From Dehalococcoidia bacterium (lineage in GTDB: Bacteria; Chloroflexota; Dehalococcoidia; Lucifugimonadales; UBA3495), in the NCBI GenBank assembly GCA_965207865.1, contig CBDBNP010000005.1, positions 112,055 through 176,054 on the forward strand: a stretch of DNA of 64,000 nucleotides, read 5' to 3'. The notes beneath the pieces were generated by a model, which did no database searches, was not told where the DNA came from, and saw only the letters and a list, made by a program, of their open reading frames with translations. This document shows, piece after piece, positions 19,241 to 29,680 of this stretch. Positions within the stretch are counted from its first letter, which is position 1. Every line of letters begins with the position of its first letter. Made by a program: the position numbers and the translations under genes.

Positions 19241-20806
19241 GTGACAGCTGAGCAGAGGCAGATCGACCGTCAGTTGGATACCCTTGAGGATATGCGCAAG
19301 TCGTCGAGACTGGGCGGTGGCCAGAATCGTATTGACCAGCAGCACAGCCGGGGCAAATTCACGGCACGTGAACGGCTGGAACGCCTGATGGATGAGGGAA
19401 CGTTCCATGAGCTGGACCCGTTCGTCACCCACCGTACAACCGACTTTGGCCTGGGAGACCGCAGGCCATTGGGCGACGCGGTGGTCACCGGCTACGGCAA
19501 AGTGGAGGGCCGCCAGATTTTTGCCTTCGCGCAGGATTTTACAGTGATGGGCGGATCGCTGTCCGAGGTGGTCAGCCAGAAGATCTGCAAGGTGATGGAC
19601 CTGGCCGCAAAGGCCGGCTGCCCCGTAATAGGCCTGAACGACTCAGGCGGCGCACGAATCCAGGAAGGCGCGCTGAGCCTCGCTGCCTACGGCGACATAT
19701 TCCTTCGCAACACGCTCTACTCCGGCGTCGTGCCCCAGATTACGGTCATCGTAGGGCCCGCCGCCGGCGGTGCGGTCTACTCGCCGGCCATCACCGACTT
19801 CATATTCATGGTCAAGGAAATCGGCCAGATGTACATCACCGGCCCCGATGTCATCAAGGCTGTTACCGGTGAAGAGGTGGGGCACGAGGAACTGGGAGGC
19901 GCGGCCACCCACGCCACCCGGAGCGGGGTGGCCCACTTCGTCTGCGAGACCGAGGAGGAATGCATCAACGAGGTGCGCCACCTGCTCAGTTACCTGCCCG
20001 GGAACAACATGGACGACCCTCCGTTAGACCCCGCTGACGACCCCGCCGACCGCCGCGAGCCGGACCTGCGCTACATGGTCCCGGAGGACCCCTCGCGGCC
20101 GTACGACATGCGCGACGTGATCTACAAGGTCGTGGACCACGAGGGGTTCATGGAGGTACACCAGAACTATGCCCCCAATATCGTGGTGGGGTTCGCCCGG
20201 ATGAACGGCAAACCAGTGGGCATCGTGGGCAATCAGCCGGCCTACCTGGCCGGAGTGCTGGACATCGACGCCTCGGTCAAAGCAGCGCGTTTCGTGCGGT
20301 TCTGTGACTGCTTCAACATTCCCCTGGTGACGTTCGTGGATGTACCGGGATTCCTGCCAGGTGTAACACAGGAATATGGCGGCATCATCCGGCATGGGGC
20401 CAAGCTGATCTTCGCCTATGCCGAGGCCACCGTGCCCAAGGTATCGGTGATCACCCGCAAGGCCTACGGAGGCGCCTACATCGTAATGAGCAGCAAGCAC
20501 CTGCGGTCCGACGTCAATCTGGCCTGGCCGGGTGCGGAAATCGCCGTCATGGGTGCCGACGGCGCCGTCAACATTATCTACCGGGACGAAATATCCAAGT
20601 CTGACAACCCGGACCAGACCCGGCAGGATTTGATCGACGACTACAAGGACCGCTTCACCACCCCGTACATAGCTGCCGGCCGCGGGTTCCTTGACGATGT
20701 TATCGACCCTGCGGAAACGCGCCCGCAGATCATTCGCGCTCTCGAGATGCTGCACTCCAAGACGGACAACCTCCCTCCCAAGAAGCACGGCAACATACCG
20801 CTGTAA
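19241..20806 (+). CDS. acyl-CoA carboxylase carboxyltransferase (beta) subunit (propionyl/methylmalonyl-CoA type)
   Basis: [71 protein letters not shown] start after GGGAGG. Confidence 0.92.
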   Translation: MTAEQRQIDRQLDTLEDMRKSSRLGGGQNRIDQQHSRGKFTARERLERLMDEGTFHELDPFVTHRTTDFGLGDRRPLGDAVVTGYGKVEGRQIFAFAQDFTVMGGSLSEVVSQKICKVMDLAAKAGCPVIGLNDSGGARIQEGALSLAAYGDIFLRNTLYSGVVPQITVIVGPAAGGAVYSPAITDFIFMVKEIGQMYITGPDVIKAVTGEEVGHEELGGAATHATRSGVAHFVCETEEECINEVRHLLSYLPGNNMDDPPLDPADDPADRREPDLRYMVPEDPSRPYDMRDVIYKVVDHEGFMEVHQNYAPNIVVGFARMNGKPVGIVGNQPAYLAGVLDIDASVKAARFVRFCDCFNIPLVTFVDVPGFLPGVTQEYGGIIRHGAKLIFAYAEATVPKVSVITRKAYGGAYIVMSSKHLRSDVNLAWPGAEIAVMGADGAVNIIYRDEISKSDNPDQTRQDLIDDYKDRFTTPYIAAGRGFLDDVIDPAETRPQIIRALEMLHSKTDNLPPKKHGNIPL

Positions 20807-20864
20807 TTGCCCTGCCCGTTCAAAGAACCGGGGCGGGAATCATCTCCCGCCCCTGCTGCTCTCA

Positions 20865-21338
20865 TCAATCCTGCTGTCCCGTTTCCGGCTCAATAGGCAG
20901 CAATTCTCCCGTGAGCCTTCGCCAACGGTTTCGTTGCTCTCTGGTCTCGATAATTGCAGCACGCGGAGGCAAAACGCGCAACGTTTCCAGTTCTCTCATC
21001 AGGCGTTTTGCGTTCTCGACACTATCTGTAATGTCATCGAGTCCCATTGAGTCTTCATAGAAGTTGATGTGCAATTTCTCAGTGGCATCAAAAAGTATTT
21101 TCAAATCAGGACGGTTCCATTCCTGAGATAATTGAAACGCGACATCATTCAGGAGCCGGTGTCCATGGTGATGCCAACCGCGTTCTTCAGCGATAGACTT
21201 GAAAGCCTCAGCGACCGCACCCCATCCCTTCTCCGAAGCCTGTACGGCATCTCCAGCTTGCAAATATTCGTCCGCCTTTTCGATGAAATGACGGCTCAGT
21301 TCTGAATATCGCTCGGATTCAGGGATTTCCGACACCAT
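20865..21338 (-). CDS. PaREP1 family (HEPN-like) protein
   Basis: QASEKGWGAVAEAFKSIAEERGW.H.GH...AT..LH.NFYE, the classic PaREP1 pattern. Confidence 0.75.
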   Translation of the reverse strand: MVSEIPESERYSELSRHFIEKADEYLQAGDAVQASEKGWGAVAEAFKSIAEERGWHHHGHRLLNDVAFQLSQEWNRPDLKILFDATEKLHINFYEDSMGLDDITDSVENAKRLMRELETLRVLPPRAAIIETREQRNRWRRLTGELLPIEPETGQQD

Positions 21339-21453
21339 GGGAATTTTCCTTAAATTGTCAGATGGCGCGACAGAAAATATCTTACCACCTGCGGCCATGC
21401 CCCGACGCCAACTGGTGTAGAATCGGAGCACACACCGCATTGAGGGACCAGCA

Positions 21454-22461
21454 ATGAAATTCGGCCTCTTCTTCCAGTTGCCCTGCGCCCCGGAACAGAC
21501 CCCAGCACAGCGCTACCAGGACACCATAGCGCAGGTACAGCTGGCCGACGAGCTGGGCTTCGACGCCGCTTGGCTCGCCGAGCTGCACTTCAACCAGCGT
21601 TTTTCGGTAATGCCCGCTCCCACCGTAATTGGAGCGGCAATGGCGCAGACCACTAAACGAATCCGGATCGGCACAGCCGTTCACCTGGTGCCCCTGCACC
21701 AGCCCATACGCCTCGCTGAGGAGGCAGCCGCCCTCGACGTGCTGTCGGGTGGGCGGTCTATCTTCGGTATCGGCCGCGGCGCCATTCCCTCCCATTTCCA
21801 GGGCTACGGCGTGGACCACGAGGAGGCCCGCGAGAGATTCACGGAAGGTCTGGAAATGGTGCTGGGTATGTGGGCCAGCGACGATTACAACTTCGAAGGC
21901 AAGTATCACCGGGTAGAGGGAATCAACCTCTCGCCAAAGCCTGTGCAAAAGCCCCACCCCCCGGTGTTCGTTGCCTGCAACAGCCCGGACACCTTCAACC
22001 TTGTCGGCCAACTGGGTCACAACGTTCTCGTGGCGCCCACCATCGTCACCTCGCAGGGCGCGCTCACAGGCCTGGAGACCTACCGGGCCGAGATGGAAAG
22101 CAACGGCCACGACACCGCAGGCCGCGACGTTAATGTCACTGTTCACGTCAATGTGTCGGAGGATGAATCGAAGGCCCGAAGCGGCTTCGAGAAGACCATC
22201 AACAACTACCTGGGTACCCTTCGCAGCGGTTCCGGGCGAGGCTCGGCTCGCGCTCAAACGTTGGACTACGAGACTGTTCTGGACGAGTACGCCGCCGTAG
22301 GCACGCCGGAACAGGTTGCCGAAAAGCTGGACAAGTTCAAGGGCATGTACGGCCCCGACGGTTTCATCTGCTGGTTCAACACAGGCGGCATGATCCCCCA
22401 CGAGGACGTGACATCTTCCATGAATCTCTTCGCCACCGAAGTGATGCCCAATTTCAACTGA
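21454..22461 (+). CDS. luciferase-like (LLM class) flavin-dependent oxidoreductase
   Basis: MKFGLF, ADELGFDAAWLAELHF, HQPIRLAEEAA.LDVLSGGR, PKPVQKPHPP, FATEVMP. Confidence 0.9.
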   Translation: MKFGLFFQLPCAPEQTPAQRYQDTIAQVQLADELGFDAAWLAELHFNQRFSVMPAPTVIGAAMAQTTKRIRIGTAVHLVPLHQPIRLAEEAAALDVLSGGRSIFGIGRGAIPSHFQGYGVDHEEARERFTEGLEMVLGMWASDDYNFEGKYHRVEGINLSPKPVQKPHPPVFVACNSPDTFNLVGQLGHNVLVAPTIVTSQGALTGLETYRAEMESNGHDTAGRDVNVTVHVNVSEDESKARSGFEKTINNYLGTLRSGSGRGSARAQTLDYETVLDEYAAVGTPEQVAEKLDKFKGMYGPDGFICWFNTGGMIPHEDVTSSMNLFATEVMPNFN

Positions 22462-22531
22462 TCCATGCTCCTGTTATGTAGAGTGGCCTCCGTCCGCGGT
22501 ACTCGCCTAGGGAGGGGCGTTTGCAACGCCG

Positions 22532-23911
22532 GTGTCTATGACCAACCTACACGCGGGTAGCAGCGAGTCGATGTTCGAGCGTCAGCAGAGGATTGACGCG
22601 GAGCGCAATGCGCCACTGGCAGACAGGATGCGCCCGAGGACCTTCGAGGAGTACGTCGGCCAGGAGCAGGTAGTTGGCCGCGACAGGGTGTTGTTCCGCG
22701 CCATTGCCGCCGGGCGGCTGCCGTCGTTCATACTATGGGGCCCGCCCGGCACCGGCAAAACCACCCTCGCCCGCCTGGTGGCCAATGCCACGCAGGCAGC
22801 CTTCGAGCCCGTCAGTGCCGTCACCTCTGGCGTCGCCGACCTGCGCAAGATCGTCGCCGGGGCCCGTGAGCGTCGCGGGATGCACGGCCAGCCAACCATA
22901 CTGTTCGTCGACGAAATACACCGTTTCAACAAAGCTCAACAGGACGTGATCTTGCCTCACGTCGAGGACGGAACGGTCACTCTCATCGGCGCCACCACTG
23001 AGAATCCGTCGTTCGAAGTGATCGCGCCACTCCTCTCCCGCAGCCGCGTGTTCGCGCTGCAGAGTCTTGCTCCCGAGGAAGTTCAGGCCATCGTCGAACG
23101 GGCTGCCGGAGACTGCGATCTCGGCCTGGGCGAGATGAAGCTGACCATCGCCGACGACGCGATAGCCCACCTCGTCAACATCGCCAACGGAGACGCCCGC
23201 ATAGCGCTCAATGCCATGGAGACGGCTGCTTACGCCACTGAGCCCGGCCCGGACGGCACTCGCATCATCGACCTGGACACCATTGCCGACGCACTGCAGC
23301 AGCGATCGCCGGTGTATGACAAAGCTGGGGACAACCACTACGACACGATATCGGCATTCATCAAGTCGGTACGCGGATCGTCCCCGGACGGCGCACTGTA
23401 CTGGCTGGCCCGGATGATCGAATCGGGAGAGGATCCGATGTTCATAGCGCGGCGGCTGGTCATCCTGGCAGCAGAGGACATCGGGCTGGCCGACCCGCAG
23501 GCCCTCCCCGTTGCCATGGCGGCCCAGCAGGCAGTGCATTTCATCGGCATGCCAGAGGGCAGAATTCCGCTGGCCGAGGCCACGGTTTATTTGGCCACCG
23601 CACCCAAGAGCAACACAGCATACGCCGCCCTGAATGAGGCAATGGCCGATGTTCGACAACTCCCCAACGGGCCGGTGCCGCTACACCTCCGCAACGCCGT
23701 TACAGGCCTGATGCGCGGGATGGGCTACGGTCGCGACTACAAGTACTCCCACGACTACGACGGCCACTTCGAGCGGCAGGAGTACCTGCCACCGGAATTG
23801 CAGGGACGTCGCTACTACCAACCGGGCACCGAGGGAGCCGAGAGGCAGATCGCCGACCGCCTGCGTAGCTGGTGGGGGAAGGAAAACGAGGATGGCAAAG
23901 CCGAAGAGTGA
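22532..23911 (+). CDS. rarA: replication-associated recombination protein A (MgsA/RarA AAA+ ATPase)
   Basis: PLADRMRP, WGPPGTGKTT, FVDEIHRFNKAQQD, GATTENP, YDTISAFIKSVRGS, VPLHLRNA. Confidence 0.95.
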   Translation: MSMTNLHAGSSESMFERQQRIDAERNAPLADRMRPRTFEEYVGQEQVVGRDRVLFRAIAAGRLPSFILWGPPGTGKTTLARLVANATQAAFEPVSAVTSGVADLRKIVAGARERRGMHGQPTILFVDEIHRFNKAQQDVILPHVEDGTVTLIGATTENPSFEVIAPLLSRSRVFALQSLAPEEVQAIVERAAGDCDLGLGEMKLTIADDAIAHLVNIANGDARIALNAMETAAYATEPGPDGTRIIDLDTIADALQQRSPVYDKAGDNHYDTISAFIKSVRGSSPDGALYWLARMIESGEDPMFIARRLVILAAEDIGLADPQALPVAMAAQQAVHFIGMPEGRIPLAEATVYLATAPKSNTAYAALNEAMADVRQLPNGPVPLHLRNAVTGLMRGMGYGRDYKYSHDYDGHFERQEYLPPELQGRRYYQPGTEGAERQIADRLRSWWGKENEDGKAEE

Positions 23912-23924
23912 AAGCCCCTGATCA

Positions 23925-24407
23925 CTAATCGGCAGGGCCACTACCACTGAGGTCGAATACCTCTCCGTTGCAGGCAGCAACCAGGTCGGCGGGGGCGATC
24001 ATGATTTCCTGTCCCCAAACTCCGGCGCCCACGCCTAGCTCTTCCTCTTCCATCAGGCAGGCGTCGATGATTGACCGGAATCCCGGTGGCTGCCAGTGAA
24101 AGGGCGGGATGGAGCCGATTTCGTAGCCAGTGACTTCGATCACTGTCGCCGGGTCCGCCAGCCTGATGTTGCGAGATCCCAACGCTCGTTTGAGTCGGCC
24201 GGATATGGCGTTCTTGTCTCCTCCCAGCATCACCAGGGCGCGCTCACCCGCAGCGGTCTCAAAGATGAGCGTCTTCACCGCCTGAGCCTCGCAGAATCCC
24301 AGGGCATGGGCCACGTTGGCCGCTCCCTTTTCAGTTTCCGGCGGGAACTCCAGCCGACGGTACGGGATATTTCGCTCTTCAAGGAATGTATGAGGAGGCA
24401 ATTCCAT
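23925..24407 (-). CDS. YbaK/EbsC family aminoacyl-tRNA deacylase
   Basis: VKTLIF, TGYEIGSIPPF, GAG..GQEI.IAPADL. Confidence 0.85.
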   Translation of the reverse strand: MELPPHTFLEERNIPYRRLEFPPETEKGAANVAHALGFCEAQAVKTLIFETAAGERALVMLGGDKNAISGRLKRALGSRNIRLADPATVIEVTGYEIGSIPPFHWQPPGFRSIIDACLMEEEELGVGAGVWGQEIMIAPADLVAACNGEVFDLSGSGPAD

Positions 24408-24580
24408 CTGTCTCTCAGGGGTTTCGGAAGAGTCTCAGCCAAGGATGGGTGAAGCGTGAAATACGTGGTCTCTCAGGATGGCGTAGATCACGTGGCCGAT
24501 CGCTATGGCCAAGGCCAGTAACGCCACGTACCGCGTGCGAATCCGCCATCGGCCCCTGCTCTCGCCGTCGCCACCCTCCA

Positions 24581-25168
24581 TCAAGCGGCCAGAGCCGCGA
24601 TTATGTCCGCCGACTGCACCACCTCGGCTTGACGCGGGAAAATCCTGCCCGTCAGAAAGTCGTGGACCTCGCGGTCGGAGTCGGAACAGCAGTCCTCCAC
24701 GACGTACAGGTTGTAGTCGAGGTCCGAGGCGTACCTTACCGTGGAGAGCACGACCCCGCTGGTGGCATACCCGAGGATGATCAGGGTGTTGATGTCGTTG
24801 GCCCTCAACGCCACGTCCAGCCCCGTGCCGTACAGGGCGTTGACCCTGTGCTTACCCACGACCACCTCGCCCTCCTCCGGCGCCACCGCCGGGTGGATTA
24901 CGGACTGCGGATCGAAAATGGCTGGCTGTCCTGACGCCTTCCGCAGTCCGAAGGTCTTGTTTCTACTCCCGATTTCCGGGTAACCGGGCCTGAATACGGT
25001 GGCGCAATAACAGACCATCAGGCCGGCGTCTCTCGCCGCCTGCTGCAGCGTCACGGTCCTGTCCACTACGTCCCGGTCTACGGCGTGGGGGATGGAAGTC
25101 ATCATCGCCTCGTAGAAGTCCGCGATGAGCAGGGCCGTGCGCTCTTTGTCCAGATTGATGTCCGCCAT
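24581..25168 (-). CDS. isochorismatase family cysteine hydrolase
   Basis: TALLIADF, KHRVNALYGT, GYATSGVVLSTVR, VVEDCCSD. Confidence 0.85.
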   Translation of the reverse strand: MADINLDKERTALLIADFYEAMMTSIPHAVDRDVVDRTVTLQQAARDAGLMVCYCATVFRPGYPEIGSRNKTFGLRKASGQPAIFDPQSVIHPAVAPEEGEVVVGKHRVNALYGTGLDVALRANDINTLIILGYATSGVVLSTVRYASDLDYNLYVVEDCCSDSDREVHDFLTGRIFPRQAEVVQSADIIAALAA

Positions 25169-25183
25169 TTTCGCGCCTTTGCC

Positions 25184-26239
25184 CTACGCCGCCGTTTGCA
25201 GTTCCCGAACAGCCGCCGAGGTGCGCGACAGGGCCTCCTCGATATCCTCGGGGCTGATGTGCCGATGGGTCACCATGCGGATGGACTGCCTGCCGGGGTA
25301 GGACACCAGCACGCCATTGCGTTTCAGAGCGGCGATGAGGTCCGCTGCGGTACCCAATGACTCGTCCACCTCGAAGAAGACGATATTGGTCTGTATGCTA
25401 TCGGGGTCTACACTCAGCCCGTCGATGTTGGCCAGCCCCTGGGCCAGGCGGCGCGCGTGCTGGTGGTCCTCAGCCAGCCGGTCGATCATGGTGTCGAGGG
25501 CCACCAGGCCGGCAGAGGCGAGGACTCCGGCTTGCCGCATTCCGCCGCCCAGCATCTTGCGCCATCGCTTGGCATTGTCGATGAAGTCCTGCGAGCCCAC
25601 CAGCACGGAGCCCACGGGGCAGCTCAGCGACTTGGACAGGCAGAAGCTGAGATCATCCACGTCTCGCGTCAGTTCTACGGGCGGTACTTCCAGCGCCACC
25701 GACGCATTGAAGATGCGCGCGCCGTCCAGATGCACTGGCACACCTGCCGCGTGGGCCACATCGCAGACGGCCTTGGTGTCTTCCGGGGTCAGCACCCCGC
25801 CGCTGCAGCGGTTGTGGGTGTTCTCCAGGCAGACCATGCTGGTGCGGGGAAAGTGCAGGTTTCCGGGCGGGCGTATGGCGTCGGCGATGTCGGCAGGGTC
25901 AATTCGCCCCTGGGCATCGTTGGGCACCAGCCGGGTCTGCACGCCCGCCAGAGCGGCTTGCCCGGCGCCCTCGTTCCAGAACATGTGGGCCTGGTCGCCC
26001 ATGACCAGCTCGTCGCCCTTGCTGCTCCAGGCCAGGGTGGCGATTAGATTGCTCATGGTGCCGCTCGATGTGAGCAGGCCAGCCTCTTTGCCCAGCAGTG
26101 CGGCCGCTCGTTCCTGGAGTTCGTTGATCGACGGGTCTTCCCCGAAAACGTCATCGCCAACCTCCGCTGCTGCCATGGCGCGACGCATCTCGTCAGTCGG
26201 CTTTGTTACGGTATCGCTACGCAGGTCAATTGCTGTCAT
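25184..26239 (-). CDS. ltaE: low-specificity L-threonine aldolase
   Basis: IDLRSDTVTKP, GDDVFGEDP, SGTMSN, LENTHN, HLDGARIFNA, CLSKSL, GGGMRQAG. Confidence 0.92.
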   Translation of the reverse strand: MTAIDLRSDTVTKPTDEMRRAMAAAEVGDDVFGEDPSINELQERAAALLGKEAGLLTSSGTMSNLIATLAWSSKGDELVMGDQAHMFWNEGAGQAALAGVQTRLVPNDAQGRIDPADIADAIRPPGNLHFPRTSMVCLENTHNRCSGGVLTPEDTKAVCDVAHAAGVPVHLDGARIFNASVALEVPPVELTRDVDDLSFCLSKSLSCPVGSVLVGSQDFIDNAKRWRKMLGGGMRQAGVLASAGLVALDTMIDRLAEDHQHARRLAQGLANIDGLSVDPDSIQTNIVFFEVDESLGTAADLIAALKRNGVLVSYPGRQSIRMVTHRHISPEDIEEALSRTSAAVRELQTAA

Positions 26240-26542
26240 CAGGCCCTCTGCTCGTCCCCTCTGTTGATTCCTCTTTATGGTGCCGCTGTTCTTTCCTGGC
26301 GGCAGGCCCATTTTAGCAGGTACCTTGGGGCAGGACTATTTGCGAATAGCGAGGGCAGGAGAATCAAATCTCCTATTTTAAAGGACGAGGGGACTTGAGC
26401 TCAGTCGCGACTGTACTGAGACCGCGCCTGCGTTCACTTTCTTGTAATAGTAGACTGGGCTATGCTAACCTGAGGAACCTGCTAATGATCATACCGTGGG
26501 CCGGATAGACTTGCCGGTCTCCGAAAAGAGAGAGTCCCGACA

Positions 26543-26752
26543 ATGCGCTGCCAGATATGTTTGAAGTCCGGGATGAGCGGCAATAACGTCAGCCACTCCA
26601 ACCGGCACACCAAGACCCGCTTCAAGGCCAACGTCCACAAGCAGACCATCGACCGCGACGGCACCCCGGTCACGGTCAAGATATGCAGTCGTTGTCTGCG
26701 CTCCCTCCACAAGTCCCCCAAGGTCCGCAAAGCCTTCGCCGCGATCAAATAG
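26543..26752 (+). CDS. rpmB: 50S ribosomal protein L28
   Basis: CQICLK..MSGNNVSHSNRHTKTRFKANV...ICSRCLR (zinc-binding CxxC form). Confidence 0.95.
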   Translation: MRCQICLKSGMSGNNVSHSNRHTKTRFKANVHKQTIDRDGTPVTVKICSRCLRSLHKSPKVRKAFAAIK

Positions 26753-26825
26753 CGGCTGTCCTTGCCTGACGTTCCCAAGGATTGTCAGACCTTCGCTACG
26801 GCACTTGGACACGGGAAGTCCGAAT

Positions 26826-27161
26826 ATGTCGAAAGAACCCAGAAAGTTCGGCGTGATCTTGGAGTTGGAGGAGGATGGGGGTTACTCTATTCACTGTCCT
26901 TCATTACCGGGATGCAGTAGCCAAGGAGATGATCGAGAGCACGCTCTCGAGATGATAAAGGAAGCCATCGAACTTGTGCTCGAGGTGATCGAGGACAGGA
27001 AACGGGAAGGAAATTTAGAGTTGGAAGTCCTTCCGTTGGCCGATACACCGGAACTGCTGGCACAAGAGGCCAAAGAAATCCTGGAAGATCGGATAGAATA
27101 CGGATTGCCCTTGGCCATCGAATTCTCCGAGGTAACTGTCTCCACTCGCATTCCGGCATAA
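26826..27161 (+). CDS. hicB: HicB family antitoxin
   Basis: VILELEEDGGYSIHCPSLPGCSSQGDDREHALEMIKEAI, the HicB RNase H-like fold; C-terminal DNA-binding domain not evident. Confidence 0.85.
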   Translation: MSKEPRKFGVILELEEDGGYSIHCPSLPGCSSQGDDREHALEMIKEAIELVLEVIEDRKREGNLELEVLPLADTPELLAQEAKEILEDRIEYGLPLAIEFSEVTVSTRIPA

Positions 27162-27165
27162 CCAA

Positions 27166-27393
27166 ATGCCTCCCCTGCCGGTAGCATCAGGACGACAAGC
27201 CGTTCGCGCTTTGGAGAGGGACGGCTGACAGTTCACCAGGCGGAGAGGGAGCCACATGGTTCTGGAAAAGCTAGGAGTGCTTGAGCACCTGTCAATTCCC
27301 GATCACCGAGAAGTCAGGGTTGGCAGTCTTCTGCGCGAAATAAAGAAAGCGGGCTTGACCGTGGCCGAATTCATTGAACTGCTAAACAGCTAG
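27166..27393 (+). pseudogene. hicA: HicA family toxin with in-frame TGA at codon 21
   Basis: Manual translation: MPPLPVASGRQAVRALERDG*QFTRRRGSHMVLEKLGVLEHLSIPDHREVRVGSLLREIKKAGLTVAEFIELLNS; GSH and IPxH motifs; TGA at 27226-27228 where W/F is usual. Confidence 0.85.
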
Positions 27394-28073
27394 ACAATTC
27401 CCGCCAGGCAGCCCCTCATCCCCAGCATCGCCTCCGGAACCGATTCTCTGCGGTTGAAGATCGCGCTTCCCGCCACCAGTATCGTGGCACCCGCCTTCAC
27501 TGACTCCTCGGCTGTCCAGTCAGCCTTGATTCCTCCGTCGACCTCGACCTGTGCTGCCAGGCCGCCGTCGTCGATGACCTTTCGCAGCCTCCGGATCTTA
27601 CCCACGCTCTCCGGGATGAAGGACTGACCCGCGAAGCCGGGGTTGACCGACATCACCATCACGATGTCGAGAACGGAAAGCACTTCCTCCACCGCGGCAA
27701 TGGGCGTGCCGGGATTTATCGCCACTCCCACCTGATTGCCCTGTTCCTTGACGCTGGACACCGTCCGGTGCAGATGCTGGCAGGCCTCGGCATGGACCAG
27801 GATCTGGTCGGTCTCGGACTTGAGGAAGGTGGGCATCAGGGCGTCGGGCTCCCTGACCATCAAGTGTATATTCAGGGGCAGGTGCGTGGCCGCTCGAATG
27901 GCATCCACCACCACCTCACCGAAGGAAATGTTCGGCACGAAAACGCCGTCCATGACGTCGACGTGGATCAGGTCGGCGCCCGCCTCGGTGACGGCCTGCA
28001 CCTGTTCGGCCAGCCTGCCGAAGTCAGCTGACAACACGGAGGGGGCGATGAGCGCCTTGGACTCATTAGTCAC
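27390..28073 (-). CDS. rpe: ribulose-phosphate 3-epimerase
   Basis: IAPSVLSADF, IHVDVMDGVFVPNISFG, HLMV, MSVNPGFAGQ, VDGG, VAGSAIF; GTG start overlapping the argH stop. Confidence 0.93.
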   Translation of the reverse strand: MTNESKALIAPSVLSADFGRLAEQVQAVTEAGADLIHVDVMDGVFVPNISFGEVVVDAIRAATHLPLNIHLMVREPDALMPTFLKSETDQILVHAEACQHLHRTVSSVKEQGNQVGVAINPGTPIAAVEEVLSVLDIVMVMSVNPGFAGQSFIPESVGKIRRLRKVIDDGGLAAQVEVDGGIKADWTAEESVKAGATILVAGSAIFNRRESVPEAMLGMRGCLAGIV

Positions 28074-29421
28074 TTGAATCAACGGCCGATTCCTCCAGGA
28101 TTCTCTCCGCCTGCGCCAGTGCCGCAGCCACTCTGCCCGGAGCGGTGCCGCCTGGGACGTCTCGAGCCGCCGCCGAAGCCGCCGCAGTGATCTGGTACAC
28201 ATCGCTTTCGAATAGGGGTGAATACTCAAGGTACTGGGCAATCGGCAATTCCTGCAGTCCAATGCCCTTTTCATCGCAGTGGCGGCAGAGCTCCCGCATG
28301 ATCCCGTGTGCCTCCCGGAATGGGACACCTTTGCCCACCAGGTAGTCGGCCAGGTCGGTGGCGAGCATTCCGCTTTCAGCGGCCAGCGAGGACACCCTCT
28401 CCGCGTTGAGGCTCAAGCCTGGAAGCATGGCGGCAAAGACCTCCAGGGTGGTCCCGAGGGTGTCGACAGTGTCGAAGAAGCCCTCTTTGTCCTCCTGAAG
28501 GTCGCGGTTGTAGGTCAAGGGCAGGCCCTTCAGCGTTGTCAGCAGGCCCACAAGGTTGCCGTAGACCCGCCCGGTCTTGCCCCGAGCCAGCTCGGCGAAG
28601 TCCGGGTTGCGCTTCTGCGGCATTATGCTGCTGCCGGTGGTGAACTCTTCGGCCAGCCGGACGAAACCGAACTCACCGCTAGACCAGATTATCAACTCCT
28701 CAGACATCCGCGAGAAGTGCATCATGCAGAGCGCCGCTGCTGACATGAACTCCACCACGAAGTCGCGGTCGGACACGGCATCCATGCTGTTGGCGCTGAT
28801 GGCGGGAAAGCCCAGCTGCTGGGCCAAGAATTCCCGGTCGGTGGGGTAGGGAACACCGGCGAGGGCGCCGCTGCCCAGGGGCAGCACGTCCACACGTTTC
28901 AAACAGTCCTCCATTCGCCCGATGTCACGCTGAAACATCTCAAAGTAGGCCAGCATATGGTGGGCGAAAAGGACCGGCTGCGCCCTCTGGAGGTGGGTGT
29001 AGCCGGGCATCACCACGTTCTGGTAGCGCCGCGCCAATACGAGGAGCGCCCGTTGCACATTCTTGAGACCCAGGACGCAATCCCCAATGACCTCGCGGGT
29101 GTACAGGCGCATGTCCAGCGCGATCTGGTCGTTGCGAGAGCGTCCGGTGTGCAGCCGACCTGCTGCGGGCCCGATGAGGTGGTGCAGGCGCCGCTCAATG
29201 TTCATGTGCAGGTCTTCAAGAGCGGCATCCCACGGGAAATCGCCGTCCTCGATTTCCTGCCTGACAACGTCCAGGCCTTGCACTATGGCCGTGGCGTCCT
29301 GCTCGCTGATGATGCCCTGCCGGGCCAACATGAGGGCGTGGGCCACCGACCCGGCAATGTCCTGCCGATACAGGCGCCGATCATAGTGGATAGAAACAGT
29401 GTAGGCTGAGAAATCCGTCAT
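28066..29421 (-). CDS. argH: argininosuccinate lyase
   Basis: EDLHMNIE, HTGRSRNDQ, MPGYTHLQRAQP, TTGSSIMPQKRNPD, YNRDLQEDK. Confidence 0.96.
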   Translation of the reverse strand: MTDFSAYTVSIHYDRRLYRQDIAGSVAHALMLARQGIISEQDATAIVQGLDVVRQEIEDGDFPWDAALEDLHMNIERRLHHLIGPAAGRLHTGRSRNDQIALDMRLYTREVIGDCVLGLKNVQRALLVLARRYQNVVMPGYTHLQRAQPVLFAHHMLAYFEMFQRDIGRMEDCLKRVDVLPLGSGALAGVPYPTDREFLAQQLGFPAISANSMDAVSDRDFVVEFMSAAALCMMHFSRMSEELIIWSSGEFGFVRLAEEFTTGSSIMPQKRNPDFAELARGKTGRVYGNLVGLLTTLKGLPLTYNRDLQEDKEGFFDTVDTLGTTLEVFAAMLPGLSLNAERVSSLAAESGMLATDLADYLVGKGVPFREAHGIMRELCRHCDEKGIGLQELPIAQYLEYSPLFESDVYQITAAASAAARDVPGGTAPGRVAAALAQAERILEESAVDSSD

Positions 29422-29680
29422 ACGACTGTCCACTATAGCGCGGGCCGATTCAGCCCTCAAGGGCCGCTGTGGTATGCTTCCATCGTGATTCGGCGTTCTT
29501 TGAGACAGGACGCAAGGCGCTGTACCTTTGCGAAACAGGACCCCGATTCCGCTCGCAACGGGTGAACTTTACCGATTACAACCCGCTTCCGCTGTCGCCA
29601 CGGGGCACTCGCCGATGAGGCTCTCCGGCAGCATCGCAGCGAAAGGCGGAAATGCCAAACTGTCGGGAGATGCCCAGGTA

